From the NCBI GenBank assembly GCA_963771275.1, contig CAVYSW010000003.1, positions 864,001-928,000 of the forward strand: a DNA stretch of 64,000 nt, written 5' to 3'. The position numbers and the translations under genes are program-made. The notes under the pieces were generated by a model that made no database searches, was not told where the DNA came from, and saw only the letters and a program-made list of their open reading frames with translations. The DNA is from an uncultured Gemmatimonadales bacterium. GTDB taxonomy: Bacteria; Gemmatimonadota; Gemmatimonadetes; Gemmatimonadales; GWC2-71-9. Of the stretch, positions 28,276 to 38,415 are shown piece after piece (the first letter of the stretch is position 1; each line of letters begins with the position of its first letter).

Positions 28276-29232
28276 TCACCGCCCTTCGATCAGTCCCTCC
28301 ATCTTCACCACCTCGAAATCCGAGCCGCTGAGGCGCTTCATCGTGTCGATGTTGGCGTCGTTCCACCGCGGGTCCGGCGCGCCGCTCACGAAGAACCCGC
28401 CCCCGTTGTCGGCGAGGAACATCCCGTACGCCTTGAGCGCGGTGAGAATGACGCGGACCTCCGGCGGAAACCCCGCGATGTCGACGCTCGCCTTGAGTCG
28501 CACCCGCATCCCCATGGGCGGCAGGTTCGGGTCCGTGCTGCTGCTGGCATAGTGCCTGGCCGGCGGCACGTACGCCCGGCGCGTGGCGGGACAGGTGAAC
28601 CGGAGCGCGTGGGTGATTGCTCCTGCAATCACCGCCTCATCGTACCGTGCGAGGCCGGGGAAGATCGGGAGGCCGGCCGCGTCGGCCGACGTCCAGCCCT
28701 CGGGCCGGAGTGCGTTCGAGGAGAGATCGAACACCGCGCCGGAGCCGGCCTGCCAGCTCGCCCCGCCGTTCACGGGATGGGCGTCGAACAACTCGTAGAG
28801 CCTCCAGGCATCCACGTCGATCACCAGGACGTGGCGGTCTCCGGTCGCACCTGCCCCGCCCTCGATCGGCGCGTCGGGCGGGATGGGATAGGGACCGGGA
28901 TCGCTCTCGTCGGCGTAGTCGAACGTGATGGGAACCCGCTGCGCGGTGCCGCGCACCGTGACGAACGGGATGCCCCACGGCGCGCCGTCGTACGTCGTGC
29001 CGAAATCGGGGTGCAGGCTCCGCGTGGCGCCGCAGGCGGCGATCAGGTTGTCGGAGTTGGGATCGACCGGATCCGCCGAGATGTCGCGATTCCACGGATT
29101 GTCGAGCGGAAACACCGTGCGCGACGGCAATGGCGGCGGCTCGGTTCCCGCGCCCGGGTCCAGCGCGTCGCGGCACGCAGTCAGGACGCCGAGGGTCACG
29201 AGGAGGGCGGGCATCACGCGGCGCGGAATCAC
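28276..29232 (-). CDS. Conserved hypothetical lipoprotein
   Basis: Lipobox LTAC; FP.DNPWN.DIS, ESDPGPYPIP, GDRHV, WTSADAAGLPI, HALRFT, PMG.R.RL, YGM.LADNG. Confidence 0.75.
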   Translation of the reverse strand: MIPRRVMPALLVTLGVLTACRDALDPGAGTEPPPLPSRTVFPLDNPWNRDISADPVDPNSDNLIAACGATRSLHPDFGTTYDGAPWGIPFVTVRGTAQRVPITFDYADESDPGPYPIPPDAPIEGGAGATGDRHVLVIDVDAWRLYELFDAHPVNGGASWQAGSGAVFDLSSNALRPEGWTSADAAGLPIFPGLARYDEAVIAGAITHALRFTCPATRRAYVPPARHYASSSTDPNLPPMGMRVRLKASVDIAGFPPEVRVILTALKAYGMFLADNGGGFFVSGAPDPRWNDANIDTMKRLSGSDFEVVKMEGLIEGR

Positions 29233-29338
29233 CGTCCCAACATGCACAATGCTCGGGTCCCGGGTCGGTGACGTCGCGCACACTGACGCGCGGGCCGGCT
29301 CGTGCCGGGGACTCGGATTCGGGGTATTCTACGATGCC

Positions 29339-30136
29339 ATGCGCGCGCCTTGTCTCGCCCTGCTGATTCCCGCGGTCGTCGCGGCTCAGACCCCTCCGGG
29401 CCTCGCGGCCGAACGGGCGGATTTCGCCCGCTGGCTCGAGACGTCGCCCACCTCACCGTTCGCGGCCATCTATCACCAGCCGCTCGCAGATCAGCTCGTG
29501 CTCGGCCCCGGCGGCGATGCCGCGCTCAGCGGCCTTCCCGCGGCCACCCTGCGTCAGGGCCGGCGGGGGCTCATGCTCGAGGCCGCCGGGACCACCCGTG
29601 CCGTCCCGCGGAACCGCGACGTGCAGTTCGGCGCATGGTACCTGCGGGTGAGCGGCGAGCGCGGGAACAGCATCGTGACCGTCTATGGGCCGACCCGGAA
29701 TTTCCGGGCACCCGGCTGGTACCGCTACGTGGCCGATCTCGTGGTGGACGGGACCATCGAGCCGCCCGCGCGGCGCGAGTCGCGCCGCATGCTGGGGCTC
29801 GATGGCGTCGAGGTCGAAGCCTCGCTTGCGGGGACGTTCGTCGCGCGGGTGGGCGGGGCACCAGTGCGCCTCACCGTCTATCGCCTGCCCGAGCCGGGGA
29901 CTGAGGAATCGGACCTCACGGTCTTCTTCCGCGACGCGACCAATGGTCAGGGAACGTATCCCGCCGGTCGGTTTCTCGCGCTCCGCCCTCTCGGCGGGCC
30001 TCGCTATCGCGTGGATTTCAACCGGGCCCGGAACCCGTTCTGCGCGTACAACGGGATCTTCCCCTGCCCACTCCCCTGGTCCGGTAACGCGATCGCCGCC
30101 CCGATCCCGGCCGGAGAACGGTACGTGACGAAATGA
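29339..30136 (+). CDS. DUF1684-domain protein
   Basis: FRDATNG..TYPAGRFL, DFNRA.NP.CAYN...CPLP...N. Confidence 0.85.
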   Translation: MRAPCLALLIPAVVAAQTPPGLAAERADFARWLETSPTSPFAAIYHQPLADQLVLGPGGDAALSGLPAATLRQGRRGLMLEAAGTTRAVPRNRDVQFGAWYLRVSGERGNSIVTVYGPTRNFRAPGWYRYVADLVVDGTIEPPARRESRRMLGLDGVEVEASLAGTFVARVGGAPVRLTVYRLPEPGTEESDLTVFFRDATNGQGTYPAGRFLALRPLGGPRYRVDFNRARNPFCAYNGIFPCPLPWSGNAIAAPIPAGERYVTK

Positions 30137-31374
30137 CCCGGTTTCCACGTTGGGCCCTCGCGGCGGTAGTGGCCGCGGGAGCGGCGACAGGGACGGCATG
30201 TACGCGTGGCGAGGAACGCGTTCCGGCGTACCTCGACGGGCCGTGGCGTGCCGTGCTCGACCTGGCGGGCGGCCCGCTGCGATTCCGCATCGACCTCGCA
30301 AGGCAGGACGACCGCCTCGGCGGCCGGCTCTGCAACGCCGACGCGTGCAATGACTTCTCGTCGATCTTCTGGGTCGCGGGGTTTCGCGATTCCGTGATCT
30401 TCGAGATGGCCGACTACGCCGCCACGATCCGCGCGCGGGTGACCAATGACTCCCTGACGGGCTTCTACCACAACATCGGTAACCGCGGACCCCGCACGAT
30501 CCCGTTCCATGCGAGCCGCGGCACCTGGCCCGTGGAGCCGCCGCCCGCGGACCTGGTCGGACGCTGGGACGCCACCTTCAATCCGGCGGAGCAGCCGAGC
30601 CGGCGCGTCATCGAGCTGAGGCGCACCGAGCGTGGCCTCGAAGGGACGATCATCTCGAACAGCGGCGACTACGGGCTCTTCTGGGGCGCTGCTAGCGCCG
30701 ACTCGCTCAGCATGGCGCACTTCGACGGTTCGTTCGTCTATCTGCTCACCGGCCGGCTCGCAGGCGACACGCTGCGGGGCACGTTCCACGCGGGGCTCCG
30801 GAGCCAGACCCCGTTCGTGGCCGTGCGGGCGACCGGCCGGCCGTTTCTCACGCCCCCCACCGAGGTCGTCCACGCCACCGCCACCGACCGGTTCCAGTTC
30901 GCATTCCCGAGCGTGGACGGCGGCATGGTGACGAGCGACGATCCGCAGTTTCGCGGCAAGGTCGTGATCGTGGAGGTGTTCGGGACGTGGTGTCCCACCT
31001 GTCACGACGCGGCGCCGACCCTCGTGGACCTCTACCGGCGCTACCACGAGCGAGGGCTCGAGATCGTCGGTCTGGCCTATGAGGTCACCGGCGATTCGGC
31101 CACGGACGGCGCGCTCGTGCGGCGCTTCCGCGAGAAGTTCGGGATCCAGTTTCCGCTGCTCCTCGCAGGCGTGAACGACGACGCGTCGCCCGCCGCGACG
31201 CTGCCGCAGCTCTCCGGGCCGATCGCCTTTCCCACGACCGTCTTCCTCGACCGCGCGGGGCACGTGCGCTTGGTGCACGCCGGCTTCTACGGACCGGCGA
31301 CCGGCGCGGCCTACGACGGCCTGCGCCGCGAGTTCGCACAGACCGTAGAGCGGCTGCTGGCCGAAGGGCAGTAG
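30133..31374 (+). CDS. TlpA-family thiol-disulfide oxidoreductase lipoprotein
   Basis: TAC lipobox-like site, GKVVIV..FGTWCPTC, GLEIVGLAYE, AFPTT.FLDR.G.VR..HAGF.GP. Confidence 0.88.
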   Translation: MTRFPRWALAAVVAAGAATGTACTRGEERVPAYLDGPWRAVLDLAGGPLRFRIDLARQDDRLGGRLCNADACNDFSSIFWVAGFRDSVIFEMADYAATIRARVTNDSLTGFYHNIGNRGPRTIPFHASRGTWPVEPPPADLVGRWDATFNPAEQPSRRVIELRRTERGLEGTIISNSGDYGLFWGAASADSLSMAHFDGSFVYLLTGRLAGDTLRGTFHAGLRSQTPFVAVRATGRPFLTPPTEVVHATATDRFQFAFPSVDGGMVTSDDPQFRGKVVIVEVFGTWCPTCHDAAPTLVDLYRRYHERGLEIVGLAYEVTGDSATDGALVRRFREKFGIQFPLLLAGVNDDASPAATLPQLSGPIAFPTTVFLDRAGHVRLVHAGFYGPATGAAYDGLRREFAQTVERLLAEGQ

Positions 31375-31496
31375 CGCCGCGCGCCTCACGGCGATCTCAC
31401 GGCCCCTTCACGTACGCCTCCCTACCCTGCCACCGTCAGGGGGCGGCAATGGCTGCGCCACGCGTGGCGGACCCGCCCTCGCGTTCCGGAGGACCA

Positions 31497-31931
31497 ATGA
31501 AGAAGGTGACCAAGAAGCAGCTCATCGCTGGGCTCAACGAGGATCTCGCCGGCGAGCTCGGCGCGATCATCCAGTATCTCACGTACGCGGCCAAGGCCAC
31601 GGGCCCTTACCGTCCGCAGCTCGCGCAGTTCTACCTCGCCGAGGTGGCCGACGAGCAGCTGCACGCCCAGTTCCTCGCGAACAAGATCGTGGCCCTGGGC
31701 GGTGAGCCGGCCACCACGCCGCGCCCCGTGCCGCCGGCCACGACGAACCGCGCCATGCTCGAAGCCGTGCTGGCCGCCGAGCGGCGGGCGGTGGCGGACT
31801 ATACCAGCCGGGCCCAGCAGGCCGAGGCGTTCGGCGACAAGGGTCTTACGGTGCAGCTCGAGGACATGGTGCGGGACGAGAGCGGCCACTCCGAGGAAAC
31901 CGAGCGGATCCTGCGAGACTGGCCGCTCTGA
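31497..31931 (+). CDS. Ferritin-like (bacterioferritin-type) protein
   Basis: SD GGAGG; diiron pattern E..AI.QY, DEQLHA, E..A...Y, DESGH. Confidence 0.85.
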   Translation: MKKVTKKQLIAGLNEDLAGELGAIIQYLTYAAKATGPYRPQLAQFYLAEVADEQLHAQFLANKIVALGGEPATTPRPVPPATTNRAMLEAVLAAERRAVADYTSRAQQAEAFGDKGLTVQLEDMVRDESGHSEETERILRDWPL

Positions 31932-32237
31932 AGCGGGGCGCTGACCAGAGGAGCGGGTTGCCAGATGCTCGGCCTCGCGATCTGGTGCCCGGGTTGGAGC
32001 GATGCCGGGGCGCGCATCCGATAGCTCACCCGGCGGCTTGCAGTCCACTCGGCTCATAGGCATCGCGACGGCGCGGGGCGCCCGATCGCGGGCGGCCCGC
32101 GCCCGCGGGCCGCCGGCCGAGGCCGTCCGACTCAACATCCCCGCCCCGTTGCGCATATAGAGTACCGGCGGTACATCTGGGCCTGCCGGCTCCGCCGGCC
32201 ATTCCCTCATTCCGTGAGTCCATCAGCAGGAGGTCGC

Positions 32238-35177
32238 ATGTCGCGTACGACAGGGTCGGTGCGCCGGCACGTCTGGGCATTGGCGCTTGCCGCGGGCGCG
32301 CTCGGGCCCGCGTCCGTGAGCTGGGCGCAGGCTGCCGGCCAGAAGATCGATCAGGAGTACACGCAGAAGATCAAGGAGTACCTGCGGGACCCCCGCATCA
32401 CGACCGAGCTGGTGGACCACCTGCCCGCATCCGCCACGGTGCCCACGCCGCTCAAGTTCTTCGGCCACATCGTGGGCACGCCCGGGGAGCTCTCGTACGC
32501 GAAGGACATGCAGCGCTACTACGAGGCGCTGGACAAGGCCTCCGACCGCATCGCGGTCTGGACGATCGGCAAGACCGAAGAGGGCCGCGACATGATCGTC
32601 CTCGCGGTGGCGGACGAGGCGACGATCCGCGACCTGAGCAAGTACAAGGGGATGCTCGCCGCGCTCACGGACCCCCGGAAGACGACCGAGGAGCAGGCGC
32701 GCCGCATCATCGGGACCGCGAAGCCGATCTACTGGATCACCGCCGGCATGCACTCGGGGGAGACCGGCGGGCCCGAGATGCTGATGGAGCTGGCCTACCG
32801 TCTGGCGGTCGAGGAGACCCCATTCATCCAGACGATCCGCAACAACGTGATCACGTTCATCACGCCGGTGCTCGAGGTGGACGGGCGCGAGAAGCAGGTC
32901 GACACCTACTACTACAACAAGAAGCTCCCGCGCGGGGCCCAGCGTCTGCCCCTGATCTACTGGGGCAAGTACGTGGCGCACGACGACAACCGCGACGGGA
33001 TGGGGCAGTTCCTGGCCCTCACGCGGAACGTCACGAAGCTCTTCCTCGAGTGGAAGCCCACCATTCTCCACGACCTGCACGAGGCGCAGACCTACCTGTA
33101 CGCCTCGACGGGGACCGGCCCGTACAACGAGTCGCTCGACCCCATCACCATCGACGAGTGGTGGATGCTGGCCAACACCGAGGTGATGGAGATGGCCAAG
33201 CGCGGCGTGCCGGGCGTCTGGACCTACGGGTTCTACGACGGCTGGGTGCCGAATTACATGTTCTTCATCGCGCACTCGCACAACGCGGTCGGCCGGTTCT
33301 ACGAGGTGGCGAGCTACGGGCCCGATACCACCACGGTGCGCGCCGGCGCCGCTGTGGCGAGCCGCGAGTGGTTCCGGCCCAACCCGCCGCTGCCGTCGAT
33401 CGCCTGGGGCCCGCGGAACAATACCAACATCCAGGAATCCGCCATCCTGATCGCGTTGAACCACGTGGGGCGCAACAAGGACATCTACCTCGAGAACTAC
33501 TGGCTCAAGAACAAGCGGTCGGTCGAGAAGGGACGGGACGGGCCCACCTACGGGTGGGTGATTCCCGCCGGACAGCGCCGCAAGGCCGACGCGGCCGACG
33601 CGGTGAACGAGCTGCGCCGGCAGGGGCTCGAGGTCCAGCGTGCGGCGTCCGATTTCCAGGCAGGCGGAGTGGCGGTCAAGGCCGGGGACTATGTGATCCG
33701 CGCCGACCAGCCCTACCGCACCCTGGCCGACATGTACTTCGCGCTACAGAACTATCCGCCGGCCAACCCCCGCCCGTACGACGACACCGGCTGGACGTTC
33801 CAGTTGATGCGCAACATCCAGGTGACGGCGGTGACCGACAAGGGCATTTTCGATCAGCAGGGGACGCCGCTCACCACCGACGCCCGCGCGGCCGGCGGGA
33901 TCGAGGGTGTCGGTCCGGTGCTGGTGGTCGAGCACACCACCGACAACAACCTGATGCTGTTCCGCTACCGGCACAAAGACGTGCGCATGCTCGCGGCGGA
34001 AGACGATTTCGATGCGGCCGGCCATCACTTCCGGGCGGGCGCCTTCATCATCCCCGACGCGCCGCGCGCGACGCTGGAGCCGAGCATCACGACCCTCGGC
34101 CTCTCCGCGTGGGCGATGGGCACCGCGCCGGGAGTCGCGACCCACGAGCTCGATCTGCCGCGGATCGGGTACGTGCACTCGTGGCAGCGCACCCAGGACG
34201 AGGGATGGGTGCGGGCGGCGCTGGACTCCTACGGCATCCCCTACACCTACTTCGGTGACGTGAAGCTGCGCGAGGGCAACCTGCGCGCGAAGTACGACGT
34301 GATCGTCTTCCCGAGCGTGGGCGGAACCGCGACGTCGCAGGTGAACGGCATCGCCAAGACCGGCGACACCCCACTGCCGTACCGGAAGACCGACGCAACG
34401 CCCAACCTCGGCATCGAGGACCAGAGCGACGACATCCGGGGCGGTATGGGCTTCGAGGGACTGGGCGAGCTGGCCCAGTTCGTCGAGGACGGCGGCACGC
34501 TGATCGTCGAAGGGGCGACCTCGCTCATCTTCCCCGAGTATGGCCTGACGCCGGGCGTGACCGTGGAAGAGCCGGATAGCCTGTACGCCCGCGGGGCGAT
34601 TCTCCGCGGGATCGTCGCGGATTCCAGGAGCCCTCTGGCCTACGGCTACGACACGCAGGTTCCCGTCTACTTCAACCAGGGCCCCGTGCTCAACGCCGGC
34701 GGCGGGGGCGGGGGCTTCTTCGGCGGGCGGGGCGGTGGCCCGGCCGGCGTGGGACAGAATGTGACGCCGATGGCCCAACGGCTTCGGCTCTCGCCGTGGG
34801 AGCAACAGCAGGGCCAGGGGCAGCGCGGCCGGACCGGAGGGGCCGACACAGCAACGGCTGGCGGTCCCGGCGGGCGGTTCGGCGGACAAGCTGCGGGCCC
34901 CAGACCTCGAGTGGTGCTCCGGTTCCCGGCGAGCGCCGATCAGATGCTCCTCTCGGGCATGCTGGTCGGGGGCGAGGCTCTGGCCAATCGCGCCCAGGTC
35001 CTGGACGCGCCGCTGGGGAAGGGCCACGTCGTGATGTTCGCGATTCGTCCGTTCTGGCGCTGGCAGACCCAGGGAACGTTCTTCCTGGGCTTCAACGCCA
35101 TCCTCAACTGGAACGACCTCGACGCGGGGCGGCCCGCGCCGGGTCGTGGGCCGGTGAGCGACGGGTCGGATCAGTAG
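32238..35177 (+). CDS. Secreted M14 zinc carboxypeptidase
   Basis: Signal peptide, G.TEEGR, MHSGE, HDDNRD, HDLHE, PYDDTGW, DEGWVR; Gly-rich insert. Confidence 0.88.
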   Translation: MSRTTGSVRRHVWALALAAGALGPASVSWAQAAGQKIDQEYTQKIKEYLRDPRITTELVDHLPASATVPTPLKFFGHIVGTPGELSYAKDMQRYYEALDKASDRIAVWTIGKTEEGRDMIVLAVADEATIRDLSKYKGMLAALTDPRKTTEEQARRIIGTAKPIYWITAGMHSGETGGPEMLMELAYRLAVEETPFIQTIRNNVITFITPVLEVDGREKQVDTYYYNKKLPRGAQRLPLIYWGKYVAHDDNRDGMGQFLALTRNVTKLFLEWKPTILHDLHEAQTYLYASTGTGPYNESLDPITIDEWWMLANTEVMEMAKRGVPGVWTYGFYDGWVPNYMFFIAHSHNAVGRFYEVASYGPDTTTVRAGAAVASREWFRPNPPLPSIAWGPRNNTNIQESAILIALNHVGRNKDIYLENYWLKNKRSVEKGRDGPTYGWVIPAGQRRKADAADAVNELRRQGLEVQRAASDFQAGGVAVKAGDYVIRADQPYRTLADMYFALQNYPPANPRPYDDTGWTFQLMRNIQVTAVTDKGIFDQQGTPLTTDARAAGGIEGVGPVLVVEHTTDNNLMLFRYRHKDVRMLAAEDDFDAAGHHFRAGAFIIPDAPRATLEPSITTLGLSAWAMGTAPGVATHELDLPRIGYVHSWQRTQDEGWVRAALDSYGIPYTYFGDVKLREGNLRAKYDVIVFPSVGGTATSQVNGIAKTGDTPLPYRKTDATPNLGIEDQSDDIRGGMGFEGLGELAQFVEDGGTLIVEGATSLIFPEYGLTPGVTVEEPDSLYARGAILRGIVADSRSPLAYGYDTQVPVYFNQGPVLNAGGGGGGFFGGRGGGPAGVGQNVTPMAQRLRLSPWEQQQGQGQRGRTGGADTATAGGPGGRFGGQAAGPRPRVVLRFPASADQMLLSGMLVGGEALANRAQVLDAPLGKGHVVMFAIRPFWRWQTQGTFFLGFNAILNWNDLDAGRPAPGRGPVSDGSDQ

Positions 35178-35200
35178 CATCGCGTTAGGGTGGAAGACGT

Positions 35201-35237
35201 GGCGGCCCGCGCTGCGAGGCGCGGGCCGCCGCATTTT
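35201..35237 (+). terminator. GC-rich hairpin between convergent genes
   Basis: GGCGGCCCGCGC-TGCGAG-GCGCGGGCCGCC followed by GCATTTT. Confidence 0.55.
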
Positions 35238-35246
35238 GGGGCACCA

Positions 35247-37157
35247 TCAGGACGGCGTGGTCGCCGTCTCCTTCGGGAAGGCCAGTCCGCGCTCCACTTC
35301 CTCACGTGCGGCGAGCAGCCGCTCCACGTCGGCGGACACTTCGGCGGCCAGGCCGAGGTGGGTGGTGAATCCCTCGACCGTGCCGGAGCCCGCGTGCAGC
35401 CGCAAGAGGTTCAGCCGGATGGTCTCCAGCGCGGCCACCGCGTCCCCGAGTCGGGCGTGGACGGCGTCCCGTGTGGCCCGGACCTCGGCGTAGGCGTCGG
35501 AGGCCCCCGCGTCGCCGGCTCCCGCGATCGCTTCCTGGAGCTCGTCGTACCGCTGGCGCAGACCGTGCGCGTCCTCCTGGAGACGGCGGAGCACACCGGG
35601 GACGTCCCCGAGCGCCCGTCGCGTCCCCTTGGGCAGGCTCTCGAAGAGCTGCTCGGCCGCCAGCCCGAGCGACAGCTCCGTGGCGCGATGCGTCATCGCC
35701 GGACCAGCCGGGCGCCGGCCCACGAGCTTCCGCGCCAGCCCGAACATCAGCTTGCCGATCCGGCCCAGCCAGACCTTGGCCCAGAACTCGGTATCGATGT
35801 CCGTCCGGCGCTGCACCAGTGCGAGGTAGCCGACCGTGCTGACGGCGGACAACGGGCCTGAGAACCCGAAGACGTTCAGCACCGCGACTTCGAGGACCCT
35901 CGACCAGGGGTGCACCAACATGGCCATCATGGTGGCGGCGCTGAGCCCGAAGGCGCTTCCCGAAGCCACTGCGGTGACCTTCAGGACTCGCTCGAGCATG
36001 GAGACCCCCGGCGCGCGCTCGATCGCGTACTCCTCCCGTGCCCGCTCGATCTCCCCGCGAAACGCGGGTTCGAGATCTCCGTGGGCGAACCCCATGCGCA
36101 ACAACCGCCGCGCCGCATTCACGAGGTACGCGAACGGCGCCACGGTCATTCCCAAACCCAGAGTCAGGAACCCCGTGGTCGGGCCGGAAAACGTCGAGAT
36201 CCACGTCGCACCAACGAGTAGGACGGAGGTGTAGACAATGGTGCCCCCGCCGGCCACCCGGCCATGGCGCTTCACGAACGCCCGCAGTGCGGCCGGCGGC
36301 TCGCGGCGCTGCTCGAGCGTGACGCCGAGCTGGTCCGCGAGCGCTTCGGCGGTGGCCGGACGCTGGCGCGGCTCCTTCGCCAGGCACCGATCGACCAGCG
36401 TCGCCACCTTCCGCGGCACCGCCAGGCCGAGCGCCGCAAGTGACGGCGGTGCTGCGGTCACGTGCTTCGCGAGCACGGCGGTCGGGCTGTCGCCTTCGAA
36501 GGGCACCCGCCCCGAGAAGGCGAAGAACGCCGTGGCTCCCAATCCGTAGAGATCGCTTCGCGCGTCCACGTCCTGCCCCAGGGCTTGTTCCGGGCTCATG
36601 AACTCGGGCGTGCCGGTCACCCCGTCGCCCCGCGCGTCGCCCGCGGCGGCCGCGATCCCGAAGTCCGCCACGAGCGCGCGACCGGTCGCGGATTCGATGA
36701 GGATGTTGTCCGGCTTCACATCGCGGTGCACCAGCCCCTGGGCGTGCGCGTGCGCGAGTGCCCAAGCGACCTCGCGCAGGACCCGCGTGCCCTCCGACGG
36801 GGAGAGCGGGCCGCGTGTCCGTACCCGATGCGCTAGAGTCTCGCCGTCCACGTACGCCATGACGTAGAAGACGAACCCGCCTACTTCGTCCACGGCGTGA
36901 ATCGGGATGATGTTGGGATGCGAGAGCTTGGCGGCGAGTCGAGCCTCACGCAGAAAGCGCCCGCGCAGCGACGGGTCGCGCGCCCGGCCCGGTGGGAGCA
37001 ACTTGATCGCCACCAACCGATCCAGGTGGACCTCTCGGGCCAGGTACACGATCCCCATGCCGCCGCGGCCCAGCTCGTGATCGATCGAGTATCGGCCGGC
37101 CAGCGCGAGCTGGAACGAGAGGAACAGTGGATCCGCGGACGGGTCTGGGGCGTCCAT
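35247..37157 (-). CDS. Membrane-associated Hanks-type Ser/Thr kinase
   Basis: LGRGGMGIVY, HRDVKPDN, DFG, GTPEFMSPEQ; about four TM helices and a C-terminal coiled coil. Confidence 0.92.
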   Translation of the reverse strand: MDAPDPSADPLFLSFQLALAGRYSIDHELGRGGMGIVYLAREVHLDRLVAIKLLPPGRARDPSLRGRFLREARLAAKLSHPNIIPIHAVDEVGGFVFYVMAYVDGETLAHRVRTRGPLSPSEGTRVLREVAWALAHAHAQGLVHRDVKPDNILIESATGRALVADFGIAAAAGDARGDGVTGTPEFMSPEQALGQDVDARSDLYGLGATAFFAFSGRVPFEGDSPTAVLAKHVTAAPPSLAALGLAVPRKVATLVDRCLAKEPRQRPATAEALADQLGVTLEQRREPPAALRAFVKRHGRVAGGGTIVYTSVLLVGATWISTFSGPTTGFLTLGLGMTVAPFAYLVNAARRLLRMGFAHGDLEPAFRGEIERAREEYAIERAPGVSMLERVLKVTAVASGSAFGLSAATMMAMLVHPWSRVLEVAVLNVFGFSGPLSAVSTVGYLALVQRRTDIDTEFWAKVWLGRIGKLMFGLARKLVGRRPAGPAMTHRATELSLGLAAEQLFESLPKGTRRALGDVPGVLRRLQEDAHGLRQRYDELQEAIAGAGDAGASDAYAEVRATRDAVHARLGDAVAALETIRLNLLRLHAGSGTVEGFTTHLGLAAEVSADVERLLAAREEVERGLAFPKETATTPS

Positions 37158-37223
37158 CGCTACCAACTTAGGCACTTCGAGTCCGGCGAGGGAGGGACGG
37201 GCGGCGGGGCCCCCGAGACGCCG

Positions 37224-37261
37224 AACGGCGCCGTCGAGACCGAATGCTCGGCGGCGCCGTT
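37224..37261 (-). terminator. Long hairpin, putative terminator
   Basis: AACGGCGCCGTCGAG-N8-CTCGGCGGCGCCGTT, a 15-bp stem with one mismatch or wobble; weak U tract. Confidence 0.45.
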
Positions 37262-37343
37262 TCCTTTGGCCTGCGTCAGTCCAGTGCGATCGTCGTTCGG
37301 ACGCCGATCGGTCGGCGCAGGTGCTGCGATTCGGTCCCGGAGA

Positions 37344-37406
37344 TCAGCCCCGCGGACGGCGATCGCTTGCCCTTACCGGACTGCCGCCGGTAGTACCATC
37401 AGACAA
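37344..37406 (-). CDS. Putative 20-aa small ORF (MSDGTTGGSPVRASDRRPRG) with very long SD
   Basis: The minus strand reads AAGGAGGTGATCCA-TTG; AT-rich upstream segment and downstream hairpins. Confidence 0.4.
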   Translation of the reverse strand: MSDGTTGGSPVRASDRRPRG

Positions 37407-37535
37407 TGGATCACCTCCTTCGTTGAGTGGAGAGTGCGGGCGTGAACGAATCTAGTATTAACAATCCCGTTTTCGCGCGCAAGAGCAGTGACACCACCAC
37501 CCGTCTCACCGGGCTGACCGCGCGGAGTGGCCGCT

Positions 37536-38228
37536 TCAGCGACCTCCTCCGCCCGCCGTCGAGTCCGGCACCAGATGGAAGTCGTACTCGAGCCGGATGC
37601 TGTCGGCGACGGTCAGCACGACGGCCACCCGCGGCTTCGTCATCCCAAAATCGGGAAAGGCGAACGTCGTGGACGCGGTACCCGAGAAGCCGCCGTGCTC
37701 GGCGACCGCGTTCACCTGCCACGTGGTGGAGCGCGTCACGCCGTGGACCGTGAGGTCACCGATCAGCTCGAAGGCCAGCGGCCCCGACGCGGGCAGCGGG
37801 TGAGGCAGCCCCTTGAGTGCGGTGGGCACCAGCACCGTCGTGGGGAAACTGTCGGTCTGCAGCGTGCGGCGCTGGATGAAGCGATCGCGCCGCTCCTTGT
37901 CGCTCGTGAGCGTCGTGATGTCGACCACGAACTTCGACTCCGCCGGCACGACGTTGCCCTGCCTGTCGAGCGCGATCCCGCCCGTGATGTCCTTCGTCAC
38001 GCCCACCGCGTCGTTGGGGAAGTCCACACCCGCCAGCTGCTCGCGCACGCGATAGCGCGCCGCGTTCCCGTCCGCCGCGAGCACGAGCCGGAGCCCTCGC
38101 TCGCCTTGTTCCCAGTCCCGCGGGGCGGTCCCGACCGCTGCCGGCCGGCTACCAGGCGCAGCCCCGCCCACCACCACCGCAAGACCGACCAGACCCAACA
38201 ACCCCCCTGACCCGAGAACCTTCATCAT
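37536..38228 (-). CDS. YceI-family protein
   Basis: Signal peptide, ARYRVREQL, L.SD...RD, GDLTVHGVT, F.FPDFGM..P. Confidence 0.85.
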   Translation of the reverse strand: MMKVLGSGGLLGLVGLAVVVGGAAPGSRPAAVGTAPRDWEQGERGLRLVLAADGNAARYRVREQLAGVDFPNDAVGVTKDITGGIALDRQGNVVPAESKFVVDITTLTSDKERRDRFIQRRTLQTDSFPTTVLVPTALKGLPHPLPASGPLAFELIGDLTVHGVTRSTTWQVNAVAEHGGFSGTASTTFAFPDFGMTKPRVAVVLTVADSIRLEYDFHLVPDSTAGGGGR

Positions 38229-38415
38229 CCCCCCTGACCTTGATGGTATGTCCGAAGCGGGCCCCCGGCGACCACAGCCAGCCGGCGCTGGGTACCAAAC
38301 CCGTCCTGATACCCGCCCGACGCCCGGAGGAGCCATGGCCGGACCCGGTTGGCGGTTCGCCGGAAGCAGGTTAGATACCAGCGAGCCGCCCCACGCAATG
38401 CGATGAAAGGCGACC

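Noticed and set aside
37407..37420. 16S rRNA gene or fragment
   Set aside because: Only the terminal 14 nt match and the preceding helix 44/45 sequence is absent. Treated as an SD-related signal instead.
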